Below, in pieces: positions 26,126 through 38,139 of a stretch of DNA of 64,000 bases (the first letter of the stretch is position 1; every line of letters begins with the position of its first letter). Under the pieces are notes generated by a model. The model made no database searches and was not told where the DNA came from. It saw only the letters and a program-made list of their open reading frames with translations. Location of the stretch: the NCBI GenBank assembly GCA_964016885.1, contig OZ024740.1, positions 233,058,001 through 233,122,000 of the forward strand, written 5' to 3'. The translations under genes and the position numbers were made by a program. The DNA comes from Eledone cirrhosa. Lineage: Eukaryota.

Positions 26126-26423
26126 AGCTTATGCTCATTTAGATTATACCGTTCTTAATTAATATTTTACTACAATAATTATGATTTTATTCATTGTCAT
26201 TAATTTACAAATTTAGATTTAATCGGAAATATATGTAATCGGTTCACGTTGAATACCAACTTGTTTTAACCATCAAAATTATTTGAATATAATTTACATT
26301 AATTAGTCTAAGATAGTGCTATCTGAATAAATTGATATCACTCAAAAACAAATTCCCGTCACAGAGGTCTGTCAGTTTCTTCCCCTTTCCATTTCCCCGC
26401 TCTTAATTTCTCTCCATCTATAC

Positions 26424-26661
26424 CAGGCATGGGCAACCTTTTTCGAGAAGCGGGCCCACATTTAAAAAAAAAGAGCGGTAACTCAGGTTGTTTTGATTTG
26501 TTTCTTCAGAATTCGTACACATTGTTTTCCTTGATCGTAAAAATGGTAGAAAGATAAATTACGGCTGAAAAGTTGGGGTAAGAAAATCAGAAAGATTTCA
26601 CTTAGGTGACTTTACGCGACCCATTCAGAAAACTTCACGGGCCGCAAATTGCACATGGCAG
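26424..26661. mobile_element. hAT (Charlie-like) MITE
   Basis: Left TIR CAGGCATGGGCAA, degenerate right TIR TTGCACATGGCAG, subterminal GCGGGCCC and GGGCCGC, perfect 8-bp TSD ATCTATAC at 26416-26423 and 26662-26669. Confidence 0.85.
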
Positions 26662-27214
26662 ATCTATACATTTCCTAAAATGTTCTATGCTACTCCCTGT
26701 CGTTCCCGTCTACTATCACTTATTGTTTGGACTGCTTCCGCTACCTTCACTTCCTGTTCTATCTTCCCTTGACACTGACAGCACTAAGACAGCATTTCTT
26801 CCTTTAGAAACGTAACTTCCTATTTATGCGGTATGATTTTCTGCGCCTATAACGATTTCTAGAGGTCATTTCAGTTGAAATAATCTGACGTTGAAGAGTT
26901 TATTGTTTAAATAAACTACAATAGTAAGAGTTCATTGTTGAAATATTTAATGTATTGTTGTCCTTTGCTCGTTAAAACTGGTTGTCGTAGAAACCATGTC
27001 CTATTTCTCTGTCGCTTGAATTTTTTTTGTTTATATTATTTGTTTGATTACTGCTTGGTGACGATAATCATAGCAATGTAGATGATGAGGAAAAAGCTAC
27101 TCTTGCTTGATAACCAACATTGTGTTTGTACCTCGAACAATTGATGTAGTTATTTCCCGTGTCCCTATCTGTCTGACTTGCATTGTATACGATACGTTAT
27201 TTTGCATCCATTGT

Positions 27215-27246
<32 letters not shown>

Positions 27247-27308
27247 ACACACACACACGCATATATATATATATGTGTGTGTGTGTTTTATATATATATA
27301 TATAAGTG

Positions 27309-27342
<34 letters not shown>

Positions 27343-27573
27343 GCACACACATATACACACACACACATAGATGTATATAATATTCTGACTTAATTATTTA
27401 ATTATATAAGCTATGGTGTGTATTGTTGCTGGTTTTCGCTTATCCAGATGTATAAAATTATCTTTCTCATTAAGATTTGAAATAGAGTCTAAATAGATAA
27501 GGCTAGCCCCTAATGATCCCTAAAATAAAAGTGAAATTTTATATACACACGTAGATGTTTGTCTATTTATCTC

Positions 27574-27609
<36 letters not shown>

Positions 27610-27653
27610 ACCTCAGCATCTTATTTTATTATTTTTATATATACATGTATATA

Positions 27654-27707
<54 letters not shown>

Positions 27708-27712
<5 letters not shown>

Positions 27713-27985
27713 ATACTTGGGGAGGGTCATACTTGTGTAATAATATTGCCAGAATTAATAACAGAACACACTCACTGTTTGGTTGGTTTTCGTTTCTGTG
27801 TCTTTTATATCGGTTAATTTAAGTTATTTGGTCCTCAATGTTACCATTGACTGACCAACGGATATAATATAGACACAAACACATATATATATAGTCTAAC
27901 AAACTTCTTTCGTTGCACATCTGCAACATCGTCAGTGGTTCTATTATGTTTCCTCGTGTTGTATTGTATGCATACGCCATCTTTA
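27708..27985. mobile_element. family C copy with hammerhead-like motif at about 27899-27938 (-)
   Basis: Aligns with 7467-7770; CTGACGA T GTTGCA GATG TGCAAC GAAA GAAG TT TG. Confidence 0.65.
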
Positions 27986-28141
27986 TTTAGTCTGTTTATT
28001 TATTTATTATATATATATGTATATATATATATATATGTGTGTGTATATATATAAATATTTGCGCTACGGTTCTTATATATTTGATATATATTTATCCTTA
28101 TCGAGCCCTCTTTGGATTTTAGTCTTCAAATTTATTATTAT

Positions 28142-28197
<56 letters not shown>

Positions 28198-28199
28198 TG

Positions 28200-28478
28200 C
28201 AAAATATACTATCAGCTTTGCCCAAATGTTGTTGGCATCACCTTCAAAAATCTCATTCGCATCTCATAAGAAAAATACGGCACAATTATTTCACCTCAAT
28301 TGTCCCCGCTCTCTTTAACATTACACCAAAACACATTAAAGCAGAAACAGACCCCATCAATTTGAAGAAGTCTTTGGACCAATTCCTTCAAGAAATCCCT
28401 GCTAAACCTCCTACACCCGGATATGCCTCTGTAATCAATAACTCTCTATTTGAGGCGGCCATTGGGCGATGGTGCCCA
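28200..28478 (+). mobile_element. 3' end of a CR1-like LINE ORF2
   Basis: PALFNITPKHIK...LKKSLDQFLQEIPAKPPTPGY...NNSL resembles CR1-group C-termini. Possible related 3' tips (GCCCCAGCATGGCC) at 40935-40988 and 48688-48748. Confidence 0.65.
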
Positions 28479-28813
28479 AATCCTGATTTGAAAGACTTCG
28501 AAACCCTAAAGGGTAGAAACGTAATCCTGGTATGTGTATATGCATTTTTCTTCTAACTTTAATTTTATACCTAATTGTGTATGGTTGACGATATATTTAA
28601 TCGATTTCCACGTGCTATTGAAATGGTGGGTAAATATTCTATAGCTGTTGATTGCGAATAGATGGCTGTCGTTTATTTATCTATTATTTCTTCATAGGTG
28701 CCTTTTAATCTTATAGCCTGGTTTAATTGTTTTTTTGTGTGGTTGATTATGCTAATTGGGAAAGGAAATGGGGTATATATCTTATCAAATGATTCTATGG
28801 ACATAATTTATAG

Positions 28814-28855
<42 letters not shown>

Positions 28856-28856
<1 letters not shown>

Positions 28857-29622
28857 GGAAAAAATGAAATGAAATTTCATTTCCCACTCTTAGTACGGCT
28901 GTTACTTAAATATAAGTATGTACACGTACATACATATATGTATACAGACGTACAGTAGTATGTATATATATATACATACATGCACACATATATATATATG
29001 TACGTATGGATTCACCGAACATTTATTATAATGCTCGGTGTGTTTGTAAACAAACATCCCGAATTAAGCCGTAGTGTCCAGCAACCATCGTTGCTCGTTT
29101 GTTCAACACTGACAACGGAACGATGTACTAATTTCAAGCTTATTAGCTATCGTCAGCAACGTATACCTTCCTGCCAGATTGTTGAACGTATATACTTACC
29201 TTATGCATATTAACGGCTGAGTAGCCCAATTTGCAAATCGAGTGGGTTAATCGGCCGGGTGCACCGAAAACGATAAACGGAAAAAATGAAACGATTAACC
29301 CACTCGATTTGCAAATTGGGCTACTCAGCCGTTAATATGCATAAGGTAAGTATATACTTTCAACAATCTGGCAGGAAGGTATACGTTGCTGACTATAGCT
29401 AATAAGCTTGAAACTAGTACAGCGTTCCTTTGTCAGTGTTGAACAAACGAGCAACGATGGTTGCTGGACACTACGGTTTAATACGGGATGTTTGTTTACA
29501 AACACACCGAGCATTATAATAAATGTTCGGTGAATCCATACGTACATATATATGTGTGCATGTATGTATATATATACATACTACTGTACGTCTGTATACA
29601 TATATGTATGTACGTGTACATA

Positions 29623-29630
<8 letters not shown>
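28856..29630. mobile_element. long fold-back family E element, hammerheads at 29120-29162 (-) and 29383-29425 (+, G8>T)
   Basis: Arms about 28910-29252 and 29292-29630; the loop repeats the element start CGGAAAAAATGAAA. Confidence 0.85.
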
Positions 29631-29678
<48 letters not shown>

Positions 29679-29856
29679 TGTGTTTGACAGTAGAGAGAAA
29701 AGAGTACTCAATACCGAAGTAGAGTTTCAATATTCCTATCACCCTCTGCCTCCTCCACCTTGCCCACACTATCTTAATTCCCCCTCTTCAATTAAATCTC
29801 CCTCTCCACCTCGAGTTTTCCTTTCTTTATAATGTCTCAGCTATTGAAACGTTAGC

Positions 29857-29906
29857 TCTTGTCTGATGACCCTGTTATAAACAGGGAAATTTCCAGTGTA
29901 AAAGAC
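29857..29906 (+). ncRNA. hammerhead-like motif with imperfect stems I and III
   Basis: CTGATGA C CCTGTT ATA AACAGG GAAA TTTCCAGTG TA AAAGAC. Confidence 0.45.
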
Positions 29907-30012
29907 GCACTAAATATACAATCATATATGCATATATATAATATGATTGATCAGTATATCAGGAAAATCTAGGCAACATTTGTTTGAGTTCAAATAAATG
30001 TTTATTATAGTG

Positions 30013-30121
30013 TCTCTAACACGTGTTTCAATACAGTCATGCTATCGCCTACGAAAGCTGGATTATTTCTTAATCTACTACCTTGCACTGCGCAGTTAAA
30101 TTCTGCATATCATCAGAGAGA
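30013..30121 (-). ncRNA. type I hammerhead ribozyme with greatly enlarged stem-loop II
   Basis: TCTCT CTGATGA T ATGCAG [about 66 nt] CTGTAT T GAAA CACGTG TT AGAGA; perfect 5-bp stem I, palindromic CACGTG. Confidence 0.75.
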
Positions 30122-30648
30122 TTCGTGAGAAACTGAAGTCATGTGCTTGAGGTCGTACGAATATAGTAAATTACGTACTTACGCAGATACCTCTACCAGT
30201 ATCTATTGTCAACTATTAGATAATTTTCTTGTAAATTTAAACAAATATACAAATTTTCAAATATGCATGCATACATACATTACATCGATGTCTATTTTGA
30301 AGTGGTGGCAAACAAACCTGAAAGGAGCCAACAGAAAGTGTTTGTTGCTCATTAGATGAAATGGAAGTGACAACAAATAGAGAAGGATAGTTTGTGGCTG
30401 TTTAGGCATTGCTCGTTTTGAATTGAAGTTAACAGGTGTTAAGAGAGAGACTATATTAAGGAAGAGACGAAATCTAGTATTATATACAAAATTTATAGGA
30501 AAAGAACAAAGGAAGGCTAGATTATAGGGAGATATCGTAGTTGATATTTACAATTCAGGCTGGTTACTGGCACCTAGTCAGGTGTAGAGAGGGAAGTATA
30601 TTGTTGACAGGTTGAATAAAGAGATATATATGTATGTAATAAAAGGAA

Positions 30649-30800
30649 GATAATTCTACTTTTGGCATAAGGTCAGCAATTATTCCAGTGTATTACTGTT
30701 ACTTTATTTTATCGACCCCCGTAAGGATGAAAGGCAAAGTTAACCTCGGCGGGATTTAAACTCTGAACATAAAGGGCCGTAACACTTTGCTGCATTGAAT
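30649..30800 (-). mobile_element. S1 SINE, 5'-truncated
   Basis: S1 tail, core and B-box on the minus strand. Confidence 0.8.
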
Positions 30801-31736
30801 TAGTATGGATGCTGAAATTACCGTGGAAATAGATGCAGAGATGCAGGCCTGAATCTAAATAGTCGTGATATTTACTGGTGTATGCGATGTAGAATCTAAA
30901 GTTTGTGCAGAGCATACATATTTAAGGCATAAACATCATGGCATCCATTATCTAAGTAGTATAAGTGATTTATAAGTTAGTGTCATTAAAGTGAGATGTA
31001 TGTATAACCATAGCTAATGATATTGAATTGTAATGGGTATGAGAGGAACGGCGAGAAGTTTAGTTGCGCTTGCATGTGAGCGTGTTTAGGTATGTATATG
31101 GCTTCATATATACGCATTATGTGTTTGCCTATGTTTATATGAGATTGCAAATGTAATTGTGAATTTGACAACTTTTTTAATTATAAATGTGTGTATAAAT
31201 GTGTGTAAATATATATACATATATATGTACATATGTGTGTAAATGTGTATAAATATACATACACATAGAATGTGCTGTGACACAGCCTTTTGTCTAACGC
31301 ATGGATGTGGTGTGATTGGTAACATTTATATCGATTTGCCTGTCAAATGTAGCGTTCTCAGCTGCTACTCTACTCTGAGGTAATCAATGTAACTTCTGCC
31401 TCGTATACATCCGTCTCTCTTATATGGTCAATTTAATTGACACACCACTTTTTGTACAAAAGTGACTGATAGGCTAATAGGGAATTATTATTCTCATGAT
31501 AGAAGCAGAAATAAAGTTAAATATGCAGATTAAGCAGCTTCCTATCTTTATGTCTAATAGGGAAATGATTGTCTATTAATCTTAAGAAAGTATTTCTTGT
31601 ATTATTATTGCCGTTTTTTGTGTAGGGGTCATGGAACATATAATATTTGAATGTGTTTCCTTTTTCAGAGGGCCATCGAGATGAAGATTATTTAAAACAT
31701 TGATTAAACAGATTTTGTAAGGTTCCACAGTATATA

Positions 31737-31929
31737 GGGTGGTGGATTGGCAGTATCGGTAGAGGGTCGGACGCCATGCTTTGACGCATTGAGTTACGGC
31801 CCTTGCCATTCTGAGTTCAAATTCCGCCGAGGTTAACTTTGCCTTTCATCGTTACGGGGTCGATAATATAAAGTACCAGTAATACACTGGGGTAATAGCT
31901 GGCCTTGTGCCAAAAGTAAAAACAATTAT
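31737..31929 (+). mobile_element. S1 SINE, full length
   Basis: GGGTGGTGGATTGGCAGTATCGG, GAGTTCAAATTCC, core and tail. Confidence 0.9.
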
Positions 31930-32844
31930 ATGGATTCTGTAAGACAGGGATATACAAGACAGAAATTATATTGATTAACCCGGACACCGATCTAGTACCA
32001 GACTAAAACACTAAATTAAATGGAACATTCAATGTGAGGTTTAAAAACTACACCTATTCAAGAAATGGGGTCAACACAAACTTATGTCTGGCAATTCAAA
32101 GCAAAATCTAGAGATTAAACATTTATTGAAGGATTGTGGATAGATTAGATCTTACATATTATAGATTTTTGATTTAGGAACAAATTTTGATTAGGGCAAT
32201 GCTAAACTACAACTGTATTTTATCGACTCATGAAGGATGAACAGTAAAGTTGAGCTCAGCCAAATTTGAACTTAGCATATAATGAGCCAGGGCAAATAAC
32301 GCAATATCATTTTATTCGCTGTTCCGTACAATTTGATTGTTCACCGTATTAGAGAAAAATAACATCGAAGATATTGTTAGAACCAGGTAACTGCTTAAAT
32401 GCTTCATTTTTACAAAGGAATATTCGGCTAATTTGTTAGACCTATAAGAAAAAGAATATGATTAGGTTTAGTTCTCCCTTTATTTGACTGACATTGGCTA
32501 ACTTGATGAGCGCAAACCAATTGATTGTAGTAGCTTACTCAAGTCAAACGACATCTGTGTATCTCAAAACATTTTTGGATACTATTATGTATGCAAATGA
32601 ACATCTCCAGCAACTGATCACCAGGCAAAATGATATAGACTATAGTCAATTTCATGCCAGTAGGTTTTGAGTGAGTGTTACTGATGGAAGATTATCAAAT
32701 TCTGAAACAGCGCTCTCTGGTATACTCAAAATATATTGGTAACCCTGTAATATATTCACAGAGGAAAATAATCACCTTTTTTTGTTTGGTTTCGTTACGG
32801 AAAAATACGTTTCTTCGGCAGCGCGGCTACCCATGTATTTATTG

Positions 32845-32880
<36 letters not shown>

Positions 32881-32881
32881 T

Positions 32882-32958
<77 letters not shown>

Positions 32959-33053
32959 TTTGTAAAATCTCGACCGCGGTCCAAGTGGTTTCGGTTGTGT
33001 GCACAGCAAACCTTTTCAAATATTTATATATATATGTATCTATGTATATATAT

Positions 33054-33263
33054 AAGGGCATAATTTATGATATATTGGTCTAATTATTTAATTTATTAAT
33101 CCTTCATTGAGCCACTGTGGCTCAATGAAGGATTAATAAATTAAATAATCAGAGCAATATATCATAAATCATGTCCTTAGAATTATTAGATAAAATATAT
33201 ACCATTTCCTTTGGTAGAGGAAATGGTATATATTTTATCTAATAATTCTAAGGACATGATTTA

Positions 33264-33270
<7 letters not shown>
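33054..33270. repeat. two overlapping palindromes (centres about 33116 and 33214) between (TA)n tracts
   Basis: CCTTCATTGAGCCAC-T-GTGGCTCAATGAAGG and ATATACCATTTCCT-TTGGTAG-AGGAAATGGTATAT, arms about 55-60 bp. Confidence 0.85.
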
Positions 33271-33302
<32 letters not shown>

Positions 33303-33345
33303 CGAAACATAAGTCATTTGCATGAACTCATAATCCTTTATTTAT

Positions 33346-33397
33346 TGCTATATATATTTCGATGATAGCCATTGAATGGCTATGACCTCATCAGGCA
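33346..33397 (-). ncRNA. minimal type I hammerhead ribozyme
   Basis: TGC CTGATGA GGTCATAGCCAT TCA ATGGCTATCATC GAAA TATATA TA GCA then ATAAA; in a 165-bp island between (TA)n tracts. Confidence 0.85.
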
Positions 33398-33458
33398 GTT
33401 AGTAAGTTCTTAGATATGCCAGCTCTGTGTTTATAGTGTTGGTGGTATCAGAGCCTTG

Positions 33459-33488
<30 letters not shown>

Positions 33489-33495
<7 letters not shown>

Positions 33496-33886
33496 AGAAA
33501 ACGAAAAATCAGTGATTCATCTGGACTTAGTTTATTTCGTGTTACAAATGTTTCGCGGGCATGTAGCTCGAGTCATGGTCCTTGTAGGGATCTGGATGAT
33601 TCTACTTCTGCGGGTTCTTTCAGACACGGGTGTTACGCCCGGAGCAAATTTTATCACGTAACACCCGTGTCTGAAAGAACCCGCAGAAGTAGAATCAGCC
33701 AGATCCATACAAGGACCATGACTCGAGCTACATGCCGGCGAAACATTTGTACACGAAATAAACTAAATGCAGATACATCACTGATTTTTCGTTTTCTTTA
33801 TAATATCTACACTCTACTCTGATGAATATCGAGGGCTAATTTTGGCATACCCCCTATGGAGGCACCATAGCTACCACTATACACAA

Positions 33887-33890
<4 letters not shown>
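33489..33890. mobile_element. fold-back element with atypical hammerheads at 33538-33628 (-) and 33666-33755 (+)
   Basis: Arms 33489-33637 and 33657-33805. CGTGT CTGAAAGA [about 60-nt stem II] GAAA CATTTG TA ACACG. Tail 33806-33890. Confidence 0.7.
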
Positions 33891-33985
<95 letters not shown>

Positions 33986-34010
33986 CACATATATATATAT
34001 GAAAATGTTC

Positions 34011-34194
34011 AAGGCCCTGAATGCAGAGCTGAAGCCGTTTCGACGGCATTTTTTGGGTCAAGAAATAGCTGTCGAAACGGCTTAAGCTCTGCCGTCGGGG
34101 TCTTGAAGATTTTCCTATTACCCACTCTACTACCCTAAGTATTGAGTACTCTGCTGCGTTATGGTCCACCTGGTTCCTTACCACACTTCCTTTG

Positions 34195-34196
<2 letters not shown>
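34011..34196. mobile_element. short fold-back element, family B
   Basis: GCAGAGCTGAAGCCGTTTCGAC and GTCGAAACGGCTTAAGCTCTGC arms plus tail. Relatives at 7362-7410, 35236-35442, 41595-41705, 44845-44990, 45961-46132. Confidence 0.7.
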
Positions 34197-34230
<34 letters not shown>

Positions 34231-34235
<5 letters not shown>

Positions 34236-34427
34236 GTTATTCCGGGTTGAATCGGAGGTAACCACAGTAAGTAAGGTACTCAATACATTGCAGAGTATAA
34301 AAGTTTTAATATAGATGTGATTCTACAGGACTAGAACTGTTTCATTCTTTAGAAATCATCAGGAATCAGACTAACGATTCCTGATGATTTCTAAAGAATG
34401 AAACAGTTCTAGTCCTGTAGAATCTCA

Positions 34428-34434
<7 letters not shown>
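34231..34434. mobile_element. fold-back element whose arms are essentially one hammerhead each (34319-34367 -, 34376-34424 +)
   Basis: GATTC CTGATGA T TTC TAAA GAA T GAAA CAG TTCTAGTC CTG TA GAATC; full stem III, predicted cut after 34419. Confidence 0.85.
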
Positions 34435-34504
<70 letters not shown>

Positions 34505-34512
<8 letters not shown>

Positions 34513-34909
34513 AGATCAAAAGATGGTTAAAGGAGTTCCATGTATTTTATTATGCGCATTTCAAAAACAAACATCATCATGCAATAATATTTGTGTTTTC
34601 ATCAGATAAAACAGGAGAACATGATATGAAGGCTAAAAAACACTTGTGGATAGTGCATATGTTGATTTAAAACTGCACTATCCACAAGTCTTTTTTAGCC
34701 TTCATATCATGTTCTCCTGTTTTATCTGATGAAAACACAAATATTATTGCATGATGATGTTTGTTTTTGAAATGCGCATAATAAAATACATGGAACTCCT
34801 TTAACCATCTTTTGATCTTATATTATGTATACTCCAGTCCTACAAACTGTAGAGTGCTTCTTATCCGATATCTGCATTGCTTTATTGTACTACAATAAAA
34901 CTCACCTCC

Positions 34910-34912
<3 letters not shown>
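34505..34912. mobile_element. fold-back element, family G, intact hammerheads at 34543-34613 (-) and 34718-34788 (+)
   Basis: Arms 34505-34657 and 34674-34826. TGTTTTAT CTGATGA [long stem II] GAAA TGCGCA TA ATAAAATA; predicted cut after 34780. Confidence 0.87.
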
Positions 34913-34976
<64 letters not shown>

Positions 34977-35235
34977 ATAGCCATGAGCTTGATGAATAAA
35001 AGTGTCGCTATGGATGAGGTTGACGGTTCAATCCGAGACACTTATAAATGATTTCTTGAGAAGCGTGTCATGTTACATGTTATTAATTTCAGGTTTGTTT
35101 GGTTTTGATAACGTTTCTACATCTTTGCATCAACCTCTGTATGTGTGTGTGTGTGTGTGTGTGCGTGTGTGTGTGTGTGTGTGTGTGCGTGCGTGTGTGT
35201 GTGTTTCTGTGTATGCATATATATATATATATATA

Positions 35236-35442
35236 TAGGAAAAAGTATGACCCCGACGGCAGAGCTCAAGCCGGTTTCGACGGTTAATTCTGAACTCAGA
35301 ATAGTCCAGAAATAGCCCGTCGAAACGGCTTGAGCTCTGCCGTCGGGGTCATACTTTTTCCTACTTCCTACTCTACTACTCTAAGTATTGTGTACTCTGG
35401 TGCGTTATGATCCATCTAGTTCCTTACCACAATTCATTTGTT
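35236..35442. mobile_element. family B fold-back element
   Basis: Arms 35236-35283 and 35317-35363 plus an 80-nt tail. Confidence 0.75.
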
Positions 35443-35471
35443 ATATATATATATATATATATAACACACAC

Positions 35472-35532
<61 letters not shown>

Positions 35533-35754
35533 TATATATGTGTGTGTGTGTGTATATGTGTGTGTGTTATATATACATACATGTGTCTATATATATATAG
35601 ACACATGTATGTATGTGTTGTACACTTAGCTAAGTGGAGTTATATCCTTTAAATTTACTGTTAGAAGCACATACATGACTATATGTAATATATGTATACA
35701 TGTGCATATGGCTTGGTCTTTCCCTTTCTCTCTTTTGTCTTAACGTATATTCGA

Positions 35755-36988
<1,234 letters not shown>

Positions 36989-38019
36989 TGGAGAAGAGAA
37001 TATGGCAGGTAGAAGAAATGGAGTTATATTGGGAAGATGCCTGTTTGAGGTGAGAATCGGAGAATTAGGATGGATGCATGCATGATTGAATGACCAAGAT
37101 ATTTAGGATGGATGAGTAGATAGATGGATAAATGAATGGATTAGATGGATTGTAGCTTGTAGTATGGTTGGTTGGTTGGATTATTGGATGGATGAATGAT
37201 TATGTGATTGGTTGGTTGTTTTGTTGGGTGTATAGTAGGTTGGATTGATGGGTTGTTGGGCATATAGAGGGACATCTTGTTGATGGTACAGATGCATAGT
37301 TTGTTGTACAGATAGAAGATTATCTGAATGAATGTATGTTTGGATGAGTCGGGCCATGGTTTTAGTTGGAAAGATTTTTGGTTGTTACGATGTGTGTATG
37401 GAATTGTAAAAATGGATGTTTAGAAAGAAAGACTGAGATATTTGTTTTGGCGTGAAAGAAACAAAAATGAAGGAAGAATGAATATATGAAGAATAAAGTA
37501 ATATAAGAATGAAAGTAATTAAGAAATTAAAGAAATGAAAACTAAAATATGAGGAAGGTAGACTTAAAAAAGAGAGAAAAAGATGAAAAAAAAAGGATGA
37601 AAAAAGATGGAGCGAAAGGATGACAGAAAATAAAGATAAGAAGAAGGGTAGAAAGCAAGAAAGAACGAAGAAAAGAAATAATGACAGTAATGAAAGCAGA
37701 AATAGGAGAAGAAAGACAGATAAAAACAGCGAATAGATAAATATCGAAAGAGATAAAAACAATGAAGAATAAGAATGAAAGAAATAAAGGATGTAATACA
37801 AGAAGAAATAGATAAATAGGTAGGATGGTAGGAAGGAAAAAATATCCGGAGAGAGAAATGCTGAAAATAAGGAATAAGAAAAAAGACATAAAAAAGGTAC
37901 AAACAAAATTTGTCAGGAAAAAAATTAGAAAGAATGGTTGTAAGGAATTAAGTTAGAAAAACTAAAAATATTAATGGAATAAAAAGGTGGAAGAAATGCT
38001 TAAAATTAGAAATATAAAC

Positions 38020-38107
38020 AGAAGAAGAAGAAGAAGAAGAAGAAGAAGAAGAAGAAGAAGAAGAAGAAGAAGAAGAAGAAGAAGAAGAAGAAGAAGAAGA
38101 AGAAGAA
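38020..38107. repeat. (GAA)n microsatellite
   Basis: Read directly. Confidence 0.95.
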
Positions 38108-38139
38108 ATAATTGTATATCTGTGAGAAGTACAAGTCAT

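Noticed and set aside
27708-29630. Segmental duplication of 7.4-10.4 kb
   Set aside because: Shared pieces occur in different order and with different fold-back points; independent insertions explain them better.
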